From an uncultured Acidobacteriota bacterium (lineage in GTDB: Bacteria; Acidobacteriota; Thermoanaerobaculia; Gp7-AA8), in the NCBI GenBank assembly GCA_963822445.1, contig CAWGHO010000003.1, positions 1,536,001 to 1,600,000 on the forward strand: 64,000 nucleotides of DNA. The letters are read 5' to 3'. This document shows positions 1-10,645 of this stretch, one piece after another. The position numbers were made by a program, and so were the translations under genes. Below the pieces are notes generated by a model. That model did no database searches. It was not told the origin of the DNA and worked only from the letters and a program-made list of their open reading frames with translations. Within the stretch, counting starts at the first letter, position 1; each line of letters begins with the position of its first letter.

Positions 1-341
1 CGATTCAGCGCGGTGACGATGTAGCGGAAGCGCATCTTGTACAGCACGGCATGCTGCACGCGCGTCGAGGTGACGTTGCGGGCTTCGAAGTTGCGCGATT
101 CGGTGTACGGCGCGCCGAACATGAAGTCGGGACCGGACGGCTCGTTGAGCCCTTCGATCAGCGTCTCCACGTAATAGCTCGTCGCGCCAGGAACCTCGTT
201 CCACGAAAGCGTCTGCTGCTCGCCGGAAGCGAGGCGCACCACACCCTCCGCGGACAGCTGGAGCGTGCAGTCGGCATGGATCGCGGCGGTCAGGGTCAGC
301 ATCGCCAGAAGCAGTACTGCCAGTCTTGAATGTCGAGTCAT
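1..341 (-). CDS. Secreted protein with fibronectin type III-like N-terminal region (partial, runs off window; absent from ORF track)
   Basis: Manual translation from ATG at 341 with GGAG SD: MTRHSRLAVLLLAMLTLTAAIHA-DCTLQ...QTLSWNEVPGATSYYVE...RYIVTALN. Signal peptide and FN3-like LSW..V.GA..Y motif; no stop before the window edge. Confidence 0.7.
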   Translation of the reverse strand, partial: MTRHSRLAVLLLAMLTLTAAIHADCTLQLSAEGVVRLASGEQQTLSWNEVPGATSYYVETLIEGLNEPSGPDFMFGAPYTESRNFEARNVTSTRVQHAVLYKMRFRYIVTALN

Positions 342-457
342 CGTCGTCTCCTTGCGCTCCACCCATCGCAATCGCGCCACCATCGGCGCGGTTCATTCAG
401 ATCTGCTTGAGAGCGCGCAACTTGTCTGGATTTATAACCGCCGCGGACCGAAACGGA

Positions 458-498
458 GCGTATGACCTCGCGCACGCAGAGTATGAAAGCTCATACGC
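458..498. promoter_or_regulatory. Putative transcription-factor operator in divergent intergenic region
   Basis: GCGTATGA (458-465), GAGTATGA (479-486) and inverted TCATACGC (491-498); lies before TAAATT (520-525) and ATG 535. Confidence 0.4.
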
Positions 499-534
499 AG
501 TGAGGGAGGGCGCGACGTGTAAATTGCGCGGCGG

Positions 535-1782
535 ATGATCGCAAGCCGTCTCGTCCGCCTGGCGGCGCTCCTCGCCCTCTGCGTCGCCCTGCCCGCGCTC
601 GCCCAGAACGCGCCGGCGTTCTTCATCGAGACGATCACCGTCGAAGGAGCATCCTCGGCACGAATCGTCGTTGCCGAGTCCCGCCTTCGCGAAGGACAGA
701 TCTACGGCGAGCCGGAGTTGCGCGATGCGATGGCCCGCATCCAGCGCCTGCCGTTCGTGCTCTGGACCGACTTCCGGCTGGCCAAGGGCTCCGCCGTCGA
801 AAAGTACGTGCTGGTCATTTCGATCAAGCAGATGAAGCCGCTGTTCCTCAATGTGGGGATGCTGACGCGGTGGACGCCGCTCGATGTGTTCGAACGGCGA
901 CCCGAAGGGCTGGTGAAGGTCGGCGAGGTCATCGACCAGGCGCGCGGGACCGAGCTGGCTGGGGGCGGGCGCATGTTTCTCGGCTCGCGTGGCGTCCTGA
1001 CCGCGGCGGCGCAGGTCGTCGAAGATCGCGAGGACCGCTACATCCTCGCCTTTACGCAGTACGACCTCTTCGGCACGCGGGCGTCGATCACCGCGCTGGT
1101 TTCCGAGCTCGACGATCCCGGCGCGATGCGTCCGCCGGGACCGGACGCGCGCATCGACTGGCGGCGCCGGGACAACTTTCTGTACGAGCTGATCGGAGTC
1201 GTTCCAATCGGCAACAACGACTCCATCCGCGGCACGTGGCAGCGTTCGGAACGGCCCATCCGCTATTTCGAGCTTTCGCCGGAAACGGGATCCCCGCGCG
1301 GCGTGCTCCGCTCCCTTCCCGAGATCCGGAAAGAGCTTTTCTGGATTCACGACACCACGAACGATCCGCTGTTTCCGACGAGCGGCACGCGGATCACCGC
1401 AGGAGTCATCCGGACGAGCATGCCCACGTCCGGGTTCACCGAGCTGGGACGGGTGAAGGTCGATGAATACCGCACGACGCTCGAGCGCTCCTGGACCGTC
1501 ACTCCCCAACAATCGCTGACCCTCGGCGCGAGCGGACTCGATTTCGACCGCAGCATCAAAAAGTACCGCGGCTATGCGCGCTACGCGTTCGATCTCTGGG
1601 GCCGCGAGCGGACGTTGAAGTACGGCGATCTGCGGCTCGAGCTGCAGGCCGATCGCGTATTCACCAAGGTTCGCCAGTTCCCGTTCGACGCGGAGTCGAC
1701 CGCGCGCATCGGCCTCGCTCATCGCAACGTCTGGGGTGTCCTGCGCCTCGACTTCGAATACAACGCCTGGAGAGAGCCGTAG
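535..1782 (+). CDS. POTRA-domain outer-membrane beta-barrel (Omp85/surface antigen-like) protein
   Basis: Signal peptide ALA-Q; POTRA-like FFIETITVEG...LREGQIYGEPELRDAMARIQRLPFV; DTTNDPLFPTSG motif typical of Omp85 barrels; amphipathic beta strands. Confidence 0.65.
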   Translation: MIASRLVRLAALLALCVALPALAQNAPAFFIETITVEGASSARIVVAESRLREGQIYGEPELRDAMARIQRLPFVLWTDFRLAKGSAVEKYVLVISIKQMKPLFLNVGMLTRWTPLDVFERRPEGLVKVGEVIDQARGTELAGGGRMFLGSRGVLTAAAQVVEDREDRYILAFTQYDLFGTRASITALVSELDDPGAMRPPGPDARIDWRRRDNFLYELIGVVPIGNNDSIRGTWQRSERPIRYFELSPETGSPRGVLRSLPEIRKELFWIHDTTNDPLFPTSGTRITAGVIRTSMPTSGFTELGRVKVDEYRTTLERSWTVTPQQSLTLGASGLDFDRSIKKYRGYARYAFDLWGRERTLKYGDLRLELQADRVFTKVRQFPFDAESTARIGLAHRNVWGVLRLDFEYNAWREP

Positions 1783-1783
1783 C

Positions 1784-2395
1784 GTGAGGCGGCCGGCCGG
1801 CATTCTCCTCTTGATGCTGGCCATCACTGCCGGCGGCGCCGACCGGCGTCCCGGCGCGGCGATCTCCGCAAATGGCGCGTTGACGATCACGCTGCCCGCG
1901 GATCTGCTGCGGTCGGCCGAGGTGCGGGATCAGTTGACCAGCGGCCTCACGACGGTTTTCGTGATCACCACCGTCGCCAGTGACGGCGGGGAATCGATCA
2001 AAGGCGCCGCGCGCATCGACGTCCGTTTCGCGTTGTGGGAGGAGAAGTACCTCGTCTCGGTGATCGAGGCGACAGGCCAGGAACGGCAGTTGACCTTCGC
2101 CGACGAGGCCGCCCTGGGGCGCTGGTGGAGCGAGAACCCTTTGACTGTCAGTCCGCCGCGCAAGTACGGTCCGCGCGTGGATGTCCGGGTCAGGCTGAAA
2201 CTGCTGCCGTTCTCCAGTCAGGAGCAGAGCGACACGCGCCGCTGGCTGGCGCGCACTCTTTCCGGACGGCAATCGCGGAGCGAGGAGTTCACGCCCGCGC
2301 AATCGGCGGACATCCTGCGGATCATCGTCGAGACGTCGATCCGCCGCCGGCCTCTGCTCGAGCGGGAATGGTCGGTCCGCGCGGAGAGGCCGTGA
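1784..2395 (+). CDS. Exported protein, DUF4390-like, upstream of NtrY/NtrX-like pair
   Basis: GTG at 1784 directly after previous stop; hydrophobic signal; VRDQLTSGLTTVF and IDVRFALWEEKYLV resemble DUF4390; position before NtrYX. Confidence 0.5.
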   Translation: MRRPAGILLLMLAITAGGADRRPGAAISANGALTITLPADLLRSAEVRDQLTSGLTTVFVITTVASDGGESIKGAARIDVRFALWEEKYLVSVIEATGQERQLTFADEAALGRWWSENPLTVSPPRKYGPRVDVRVRLKLLPFSSQEQSDTRRWLARTLSGRQSRSEEFTPAQSADILRIIVETSIRRRPLLEREWSVRAERP

Positions 2396-3599
2396 CGTCG
2401 TCGCGGGCAGTGACCGCGGTATTGCTGCTGTTGACCGCGGCGTCGTTGATCACGTTCGCGTACGTGCTCCGGCGGCTTTCGACAGTGACCACGGGACTCG
2501 CGGCGCACGCGGAGATCGAACAACAGCTCCGGCAGTCGCTCGAAGATCAGAAGAAGCTGGCGCGTCTCGATCCTGCCGGCTCGAAACAACATCGCCAGCG
2601 ATTCGACCAGATCGCCAGTCTCCTCGGCCATCTGCGCGTCGTCCAGTTCAATCGCAGCGAGGTCGCGCGGCAGGTCGAGGAACTGCTGATCGGACTGGTG
2701 GCGCTGATCCTCGCCAGCGGCATCGGTCTGTATCTGCTCGAGCGGCGCAGCCGCGAACGCAGGCTGGTGCGACTCGAAGCCGCGCTGACCGCACTGTCGC
2801 GCGGCGAGCAGGAGATCGTGCTGCACGACCGGCGGCAGGATGTGATCGGCCGGATCGCCTCGGCGATCGAGCGGACCTCGCGAGCCGCCGCGCAGGACCG
2901 GCGTCAGCTCCGCTATCTCGAGCATCTCTCCGCGTGGCAGGAAGCCGCGCGGCGCCACGCGCATGAGATCCGCACGCCGCTTGCCGCGGCGCGGATGGAA
3001 GTCGAACGGTTCGCGAGCGCGTTCGGCCGGCGTCTGCCAGACGCAGTCCCGGAGATCGACGAAGCTCGCCGCAGCATTCTCGAGGAGATCGATCACCTCG
3101 GCGAATTCACGCGCAGCTTCACGTCGTTCGCAACGATTCCCAGGCCGCGCGTTCGTGAGCTCGATCTGCAGAAGCTGGTGAGCGATTTCTGCGCGACCTT
3201 CGCGACGGCCTGGCCGGGAGTGCGGCTGATCAGCAACGAGGGCGCGCCAGCGATGATCAACGCGGACGGCGAAATGGTGCGGCAGGTGCTCGCGAATCTG
3301 GCCGGGAACAGCGCGCTGGCGTTCGGAAGCGGGGGAGGGACGATCACCTTCACACTGCGCCGCCAAGGATCGTCGTGGCTGCTCGACGTCGCCGATGATG
3401 GTCCCGGTGTCGCGCCGGAGATCAAAGGCCGCCTTTTCGAGCCCTACACGACCACGCGCGGCATCGGCGAAGGCATGGGCCTCGGCCTGGCCATCTCCAA
3501 GAAGATCATGCTCGATCACGGCGGCGACCTCGATCTCGTCGATCATCGCGGCCGTGGGGCGACGTTCCGACTGACCTTCCCATCGACGGAGATCGCGTC

Positions 3600-3603
<4 letters not shown>
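2392..3603 (+). CDS. Membrane sensor histidine kinase, NtrY-like
   Basis: Two TM helices, HAMP-like linker, H-box WQEAARRHAHEIRTPL, DDGPG, FEPYTT, GMGLGL; GTG 2392 overlaps previous TGA. Confidence 0.9.
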
Positions 3604-5009
<1,406 letters not shown>

Positions 5010-5996
5010 TTACTTCAGATGCCGCGCGAGAAAGTCCCACATCTCGCGCCGTGAATCTTTGGCCAGTTTCGTGTCGATGCGGTTGAACTGATGCGCCCCC
5101 GGCGCGGCTTCGTAAATCTTGTACTCGAACTTCTTGCCGGCCGCCTTCAGCGCGGCGATGAGATGCTCGACCTCGAGGACGTGCACGTCGTCGTCGTTCG
5201 TGGTGGTGTGGATGAGCAGCGGCGTCTGCAGCTTCGCCGCGTGATAGACCGGTGAGCGGCGGCGGAACTCCATCACGTTGTCTTCCGGCTGTTTGCCGAT
5301 GAAGCCCTCGAAGATGTCGCGGTACTCCTGGCCGGTGTAGCCCATGCGCGCGACGAGATCGCTGACCGGCACGCCGGCGTAGGCGACTTTGTAGTCGTTC
5401 GGCCAGTTGAGGATGTTCATCAGCGCGTGAAAGCCGCCGTGGCTCCAGCCGAAGATGCCGACGCGATTTCCGTCGACGAAGGACAGGTTCTCGACGGCCC
5501 AGTTGCGCGCGTCGTGCGTATCGTCGATCTCCGCGCCGCCGTAATCGATCTGGCTGCGCAGGTCGCTTCCATGTCCGATCGAGCCGCGATATTCAGGCGA
5601 GACGATGACGAAGCCGCGCTCCAGAGCCTCGCGGAAGATGTGCGCGTAATTGCTGTCGAGCCTCCCATGCACGCCGCCGTGCGCAAAGATGAGCGCCGGC
5701 GCCTTGCCGCTGAGGTTCTTCGGCGAGAAGACGTAAACCGGCAGGACGAGCATGTTCCCGGCGCTGATCGAGGTGGCGTTCGCCTCGCGCCGCGGCTTGC
5801 TGCTGGTGATGCGGTACTTCTGAATGTTTGCGACGTCGCCGAGCTTGAAATACCAGAGCGCGTCGTCGATGAAGCGCTGCGTATCTTCGAACGCGCGATC
5901 CACGCCGCGGTCGTGGGCGTCGAGGGATTTGGCGATGTCGGGTTGTTGGGCGATCGCGGTGGTGGCGGCGAGCAGGATCAGGAGCAGTCTCTTCAT
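5010..5996 (-). CDS. Secreted S9 family peptidase / alpha-beta hydrolase
   Basis: Signal peptide; HGG, PEYRGSIGHG, nucleophile GWSHGG, DDDV, GAHQF. Confidence 0.85.
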   Translation of the reverse strand: MKRLLLILLAATTAIAQQPDIAKSLDAHDRGVDRAFEDTQRFIDDALWYFKLGDVANIQKYRITSSKPRREANATSISAGNMLVLPVYVFSPKNLSGKAPALIFAHGGVHGRLDSNYAHIFREALERGFVIVSPEYRGSIGHGSDLRSQIDYGGAEIDDTHDARNWAVENLSFVDGNRVGIFGWSHGGFHALMNILNWPNDYKVAYAGVPVSDLVARMGYTGQEYRDIFEGFIGKQPEDNVMEFRRRSPVYHAAKLQTPLLIHTTTNDDDVHVLEVEHLIAALKAAGKKFEYKIYEAAPGAHQFNRIDTKLAKDSRREMWDFLARHLK

Positions 5997-6013
5997 GGAG
6001 CGGCGATTCTAGT

Positions 6014-6090
6014 CCCCCGTGTAGTGTGGGCCTCCGGCCTACCTCTGGCCCCCGCCCAAAGGTAGGCCGGAGGCCCGCATTACACGGGGG
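6014..6090. repeat. REPIN-like inverted doublet, family A (GTGTAGTGYRGGCCTCCGGCC)
   Basis: 31-nt arms 6014-6044 and 6060-6090 with 2 mismatches; adjacent to pfkA stop codon. Confidence 0.85.
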
Positions 6091-7260
6091 TCAATGCAGG
6101 AACATCGGCATCCCCATCACATCCGCGACCTTCGGCCGGTACTCCTCCGCGTCGTAGAAGCGCGTGACGTCGACGCGCTTCTGGCCCTGGCCGGTGATCT
6201 CCAGCGGGACGGTCGTGTAGCGGCCATCGACGACGGCGACCATCCGACCGGTCTCGCCGCGACGGCGGATCAGATCGGCGGCGAGCGCCCCGAAGTTCTT
6301 CGCGGCGATGAGGTCGAGTGAATCGGGCGCGCCGGATCGCATGAGATAGGCGAGGCGCTGGTAGATGACTTTGTCGCGGCCGCGATGCTCGAGGTATTCG
6401 GCGAGCACGCCGCCGACACCGCCCAGCTTCCGCTGGCCGGCTTCATTCGCTTCGCCTGTTTCGATCGTCAGTCCCGTGGTTGTACGCGCGCCTTCGGAGA
6501 CCGCCACGACGGAGTAATTGCTCGGGTTCTCGCTCTTGTCCCGGCTGAGCATCTGGTACAGCAGCTCCATGTCGAACGGCACCTCGGCGATCACCGCGCG
6601 ATCGACACCGGCGAGATACGACGCGAGCAGACACGTTTCGCCGGAGTTGCGTCCGAACAGCTCCACGACCAGGAAGCGCTCGTGCGAGCCGGCGCTGGTG
6701 CGGAGATCGTTGATGAACATGACCGCGCGCGTGACCGCTGTCGAAAATCCGAGGCAGTAGTCGGTGCCGAAGACGTCGTTGTCCATCGTCTTGGGGATGG
6801 CGATCATCGGCACGCCTTCCTGATGCAGGCGCCGCGCGAAGGTGAGCGTGCCGTCGCCGCCTAGGGCCACGAGGCAATCGAGCTCGAGGAAGTTGATCAC
6901 GCGCAGGGCGACCTGGGTCAGGTCGTAGCGTCCACGATCATCCGGCTCGCCTTTCTCGCTTTCGAGGTGCGCCGGGATGTGCTCGGCGCGGCTGATCGCC
7001 GGATTGATGCGCGAGGTGTGCAGCACCGTGCCGCCGGTGCGATCGATCGCGCGCGTGTTGAGGCGCGTCAGCGGCGTGATCCACTCCGAATTGTCGGCGC
7101 CGGCCTCGGGGATGATGTTGATCAGCGACGCCCATCCGCGCCGGAGGCCGATGACCTCGCAGTCGCAGGGCTCGTCGAGGAGACGCCAGACCAGGGCCTT
7201 GATCGCCGCGTTGAGGCCGGGAACGTCTCCGCCGCCGGTGAGGACTCCGATCCGTCGCAC
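6091..7260 (-). CDS. pfkA: 6-phosphofructokinase
   Basis: LTGGGDVPGLN, GGTVLHTSR, LGGDGT, PKTMDND, VELFGR motifs. Confidence 0.93.
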   Translation of the reverse strand: MRRIGVLTGGGDVPGLNAAIKALVWRLLDEPCDCEVIGLRRGWASLINIIPEAGADNSEWITPLTRLNTRAIDRTGGTVLHTSRINPAISRAEHIPAHLESEKGEPDDRGRYDLTQVALRVINFLELDCLVALGGDGTLTFARRLHQEGVPMIAIPKTMDNDVFGTDYCLGFSTAVTRAVMFINDLRTSAGSHERFLVVELFGRNSGETCLLASYLAGVDRAVIAEVPFDMELLYQMLSRDKSENPSNYSVVAVSEGARTTTGLTIETGEANEAGQRKLGGVGGVLAEYLEHRGRDKVIYQRLAYLMRSGAPDSLDLIAAKNFGALAADLIRRRGETGRMVAVVDGRYTTVPLEITGQGQKRVDVTRFYDAEEYRPKVADVMGMPMFLH

Positions 7261-7268
7261 GTCCGCGT

Positions 7269-8387
7269 TTATAGCAGACGTTCGTTGGCCTTGGTCTCAC
7301 CCTCCGGAAACAGTACGACCTTCAGCGCTTCGTGCCGGTCGAACTTGCCGATGCCGTCGTGGAAGTCGTTCAGCGAGTCGTACGTGGCCTGCACGACCCA
7401 GTCGACGTCGAGGCCCGAGCGCAGCAGCGCGAGCATGCGCTGCCAGGTCGAGTACATACGCCGTCCGATGATGCCGTGCATGGTCACACCCTTGAAGATG
7501 ACGTTGCGGGTGTAGTCATCGATCGTCACCGAGTGACCGGCCGGCAGGCCGAGAAGGGAGAGCGTGCCGCCCATGCGGACGATGTCGAGGCCGAAGTTGA
7601 TCGCGGCCGAGGATCCGGACATCTCGCAGACGACGTCGACGCCGACACCATCCGTGATCGCTTCGATGGCTTTCTTCACTTCCGCCTTGTCGGTCGTGCG
7701 GACGTTGAAGGCGTGCATGTTCGAGAAGTTGCGCGCGGCCGCCCAGCGGCGTGCGGTTTCGAGCTGGTGGTCGCTGACGTCGGTGACGATGACCACCGAA
7801 GCGCCGCTGTGCTCGGCGATGGCGGCGGACATCGCGCCGATCGGTCCGAAGCCGGTGATGGCCACGCTCTTTCCGGCCAGATCGACGACCTGCGTCGTGT
7901 GCACGGCATTGCCCAGCGCGTCGAGGAAAGCGCCGATGCGCGGCGGAACGTACGACGGCAGCTTGATGACGTTCGACGCGGGCACTTTCACGAACTCCGC
8001 GAACGCACCGTCCTCGTGCAGGCCGTAGATCTTCGTGCGGGTGCAGATGTGGCCGTTGCCGGAGCGGCATTGCGGGCACTCGCCGCAGATGATGTGCATC
8101 TCCGCTGAAACGTAATCGCCCGGATGGAGGAGGCCTTCGTGCGAGCGCTCCGCGCCTTCGCCGATGGCTTCGACGAATCCGCAGAACTCGTGGCCGTACA
8201 CGCGCGGCGGCGTGACCGAGTCGCGGATCGACGGATCCCAGTGGTAGATGTGCTTGTCGGTCCCGCAGATGGCCGCGGCGGCGACGCGAATCAACACTTC
8301 GCCGGGACCAGGTTTCGGAACCGGACAATCGCGGATTTCGGTTCCCACGGGACCGTCGAGAGGGGCGGACTTAACGACGGCTAGCAT
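7269..8387 (-). CDS. tdh: L-threonine 3-dehydrogenase (Zn-dependent MDR)
   Basis: ICGTDKHIYHWD, GHEFCG, CGECPQCRSGNGHIC, LGNAVHT, GIIGRRMYSTW. Confidence 0.88.
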   Translation of the reverse strand: MLAVVKSAPLDGPVGTEIRDCPVPKPGPGEVLIRVAAAAICGTDKHIYHWDPSIRDSVTPPRVYGHEFCGFVEAIGEGAERSHEGLLHPGDYVSAEMHIICGECPQCRSGNGHICTRTKIYGLHEDGAFAEFVKVPASNVIKLPSYVPPRIGAFLDALGNAVHTTQVVDLAGKSVAITGFGPIGAMSAAIAEHSGASVVIVTDVSDHQLETARRWAAARNFSNMHAFNVRTTDKAEVKKAIEAITDGVGVDVVCEMSGSSAAINFGLDIVRMGGTLSLLGLPAGHSVTIDDYTRNVIFKGVTMHGIIGRRMYSTWQRMLALLRSGLDVDWVVQATYDSLNDFHDGIGKFDRHEALKVVLFPEGETKANERLL

Positions 8388-9374
8388 GAGCGGCGGCGGA
8401 TGCTATCACTTGTCCGGAGCGCTTCCTGCGGAAGAGGCTCCGCACCACCCGCAGGGCCGTGTCGGCCCACTCTTCGATCGCCGGCGTTTGTTCCACCGAG
8501 ACCGTGCGCGTGCCGTGAGGAAGATCGGCGATGAACTGCGAGATCGCCCAGATCAGCGCATCGGGATCGCGGAGATACAGGTCCTTGTGCAGACCTTCGT
8601 CGATGGTGTGAATCCGCTTCGCCGCGGCGTGCAGGCGTCGTAGATCTCGTGGGCCATCATCGCGGGACAGACCTCGTCCCTGGTGCCGTGCAGAACGAGC
8701 AGCGGAACCTGCAGCCGCTTGATCACTCCGATCGTGTCGAAGATGTTGCCGGAGAGGAGATGCAGCGGCAGGCGCGGGAAGAGGTGACGCGTGATGTCGG
8801 GGAGGCTGGTGAAGGTGGACTGAAGGATCAGCGCGTCGAATGGATGACGGCGGATGACCTGCGCCGCGACCGCGCCGCCGAGGGAGAAGCCGTAGAGGAC
8901 TGAGGGGACATTCTTCGGGCGGATCTTGTCGTGAAAACGGGACGCGGTGACGCCATCCGAGATCACTCCACCCAACGACGCCGTTCCGGTGCTGCGGCCG
9001 AAGCCGCGGTAGTCGAAGAACAGCACGTTGAAGCCTGCGTTGAGCAGGTGAGGAATGATGTCCGCGCTGATGGTGAGATTGCCGGTGTTGCCGTGGCAGA
9101 ACACGCCGCTGGCGACGGGCTTTTCGGCGCGGCAGTACCAGGCGTACAGCTCCTCGCCGTCCGGCGTCTCGATCCAGTGCTCTTCGACGGCGCCTTTCGG
9201 GATGCCGTAATCCTCGGGATTCCAGCTCTTGACCGGTGTGGGACTGGGAGCGAAAAGCTGCGAGCGGCGATAGATCCGGCGGCCGATTTCCGCGGCCAGC
9301 ACAGCGGCGCCGCCGATCAGCAGCGGCACGCCGGCGGCGTCACCAAGGGAGCTCTTTTTCCTGCCGAATCGCAT
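8371..9374 (-). CDS. Alpha/beta hydrolase (ABHD17/BEM46-like) with apparent 1-nt frameshift near 8625
   Basis: HGNTGN, FDYRGFG, GFSLGG, HGTRDEV; the catalytic-His segment KRIHTIDEGLHKDLY continues in another frame to TAA at 8371. Confidence 0.8.
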
Positions 9375-9423
9375 GACCTAGGGTACTCCAGAGCAAGAGT
9401 TTTGCCGTGCTACAGTTCGCCGC

Positions 9424-9834
9424 TTGAGGTACGTCGAATCACGCGTTCGCGTGCGCTACAAAGAGACGGACCAGATGGGCATCGTCCATCACTCGAACTA
9501 CCTGGTCTGGTTCGAGATCGGCCGCACGGACCTCTGCCGGGCCACCGGATTTCCGTACAACGAGATCGAATCGCGTGGATTCATTCTGGTGGTGACGGAG
9601 ATCGCCTGCCGGTTCCGCACGCCGTATCGCTATGACGACGAGGTGGTGATCCGCACGTCCGTCGCCGATGCCGCGAGCCGGGCCATGCGCTTCTCGTATG
9701 AGCTTTACGACGGAGCGGGGGAAGAGCTTCGAGCGACGGGCCACAGTGCGCATTTGTGGCTCGATCGCGAGTCGCGCAAACCGGTGCGCGCGGATGCGGA
9801 AGTGATGGAGGCGTTTCGACCATGGCTCGCTTGA
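9424..9834 (+). CDS. Acyl-CoA thioesterase (YbgC/FadM hotdog family)
   Basis: VRYKETDQMGIVHHSNYLVWFEIGR signature. Confidence 0.92.
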   Translation: MRYVESRVRVRYKETDQMGIVHHSNYLVWFEIGRTDLCRATGFPYNEIESRGFILVVTEIACRFRTPYRYDDEVVIRTSVADAASRAMRFSYELYDGAGEELRATGHSAHLWLDRESRKPVRADAEVMEAFRPWLA

Positions 9835-10256
9835 TCCTCTTCTCATTCATCGTGATCTCAGCGTGCGCGCCGGTTTCGCCGACCTACCTCACCTTGCCGG
9901 AGCGCGCAGCTCTCAACACGCCTTACTCCGACGCTGTCCGCGTGGGGAATCTGGTCTTCCTGTCCGGCACCGTCGGCAGTGCGCCGGGAACGAGGCAGGT
10001 CGTGCCGGGTGGTGTGGCGGCGGAGACGCGCCAGGCGCTGGAGAACGTGAAGCACAACCTCGAGGCGCATGGCTCGTCGATGGACCGGGTGGTGAAGTGC
10101 TCGGTCTTCCTCGCCGACATCGGCGACTTCGAGACCATGAACGGTGTCTATCGCGAGTATTTCAAAACCAACAAGCCGGTGCGGACGACGGTCGGCGTGA
10201 ACGGTCTGCCGATGGCTGCGCGGGTCGAGATCGAGTGCATCGCTACGATTCGATGA
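9822..10256 (+). CDS. RidA/YjgF family protein with lipoprotein-like signal peptide
   Basis: PYSDAVRVGNLVFLSG, KPVRTTVGV, RVEIEC; N-terminus MARLILFSFIVISAC. Confidence 0.88.
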   Translation: MARLILFSFIVISACAPVSPTYLTLPERAALNTPYSDAVRVGNLVFLSGTVGSAPGTRQVVPGGVAAETRQALENVKHNLEAHGSSMDRVVKCSVFLADIGDFETMNGVYREYFKTNKPVRTTVGVNGLPMAARVEIECIATIR

Positions 10257-10620
10257 CCGCGCCCTGTTCCGCGAGGAGCTCGCGCAACAGCGAGCGGTGG
10301 CACTGCGACTCTTCTTCGCAGTAGCAGCCGACGGAAAAGTTCGCCGTCTTCGATAGCGCGGCGAGTAACGCGAGCATCCGTTGCGCCGCGGGCTGTTTCA
10401 TCTCCGCGCGGTATTTGCGGGCAAACGGGGCGAAGGGCCCGGACAGCGCGGAGGAGACCAGTGCCGCCGACGGCGCGAGCTCGGGAAGCCATACATCGAA
10501 ATAGTCGCGCGACGCGTAGTCCTCTTTGCGCACCCCACGCGGCGGACGCCGGACCGTGCCGATGCGCAGGCCCTCGCCGGGAAGGCGGGGCGTGCCGAGG
10601 CGGACGATGCGGATGGACAT
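10243..10620 (-). CDS. DUF488 family protein
   Basis: GLRIGTVRRPPRGVRK, WLPELAPS, CYCEEESQCHRSLL. Confidence 0.8.
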   Translation of the reverse strand: MSIRIVRLGTPRLPGEGLRIGTVRRPPRGVRKEDYASRDYFDVWLPELAPSAALVSSALSGPFAPFARKYRAEMKQPAAQRMLALLAALSKTANFSVGCYCEEESQCHRSLLRELLAEQGAVIES

Positions 10621-10645
10621 GACCGGAAGCTATCATGCGAGGACT

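Noticed and set aside
2035-2391. ORF-track N-terminal extensions (also at 11960, 24345, 35090, 39661 and others)
   Set aside because: They overlap upstream genes; signal peptides, stop-start overlaps and -10 or SD positions support later starts.
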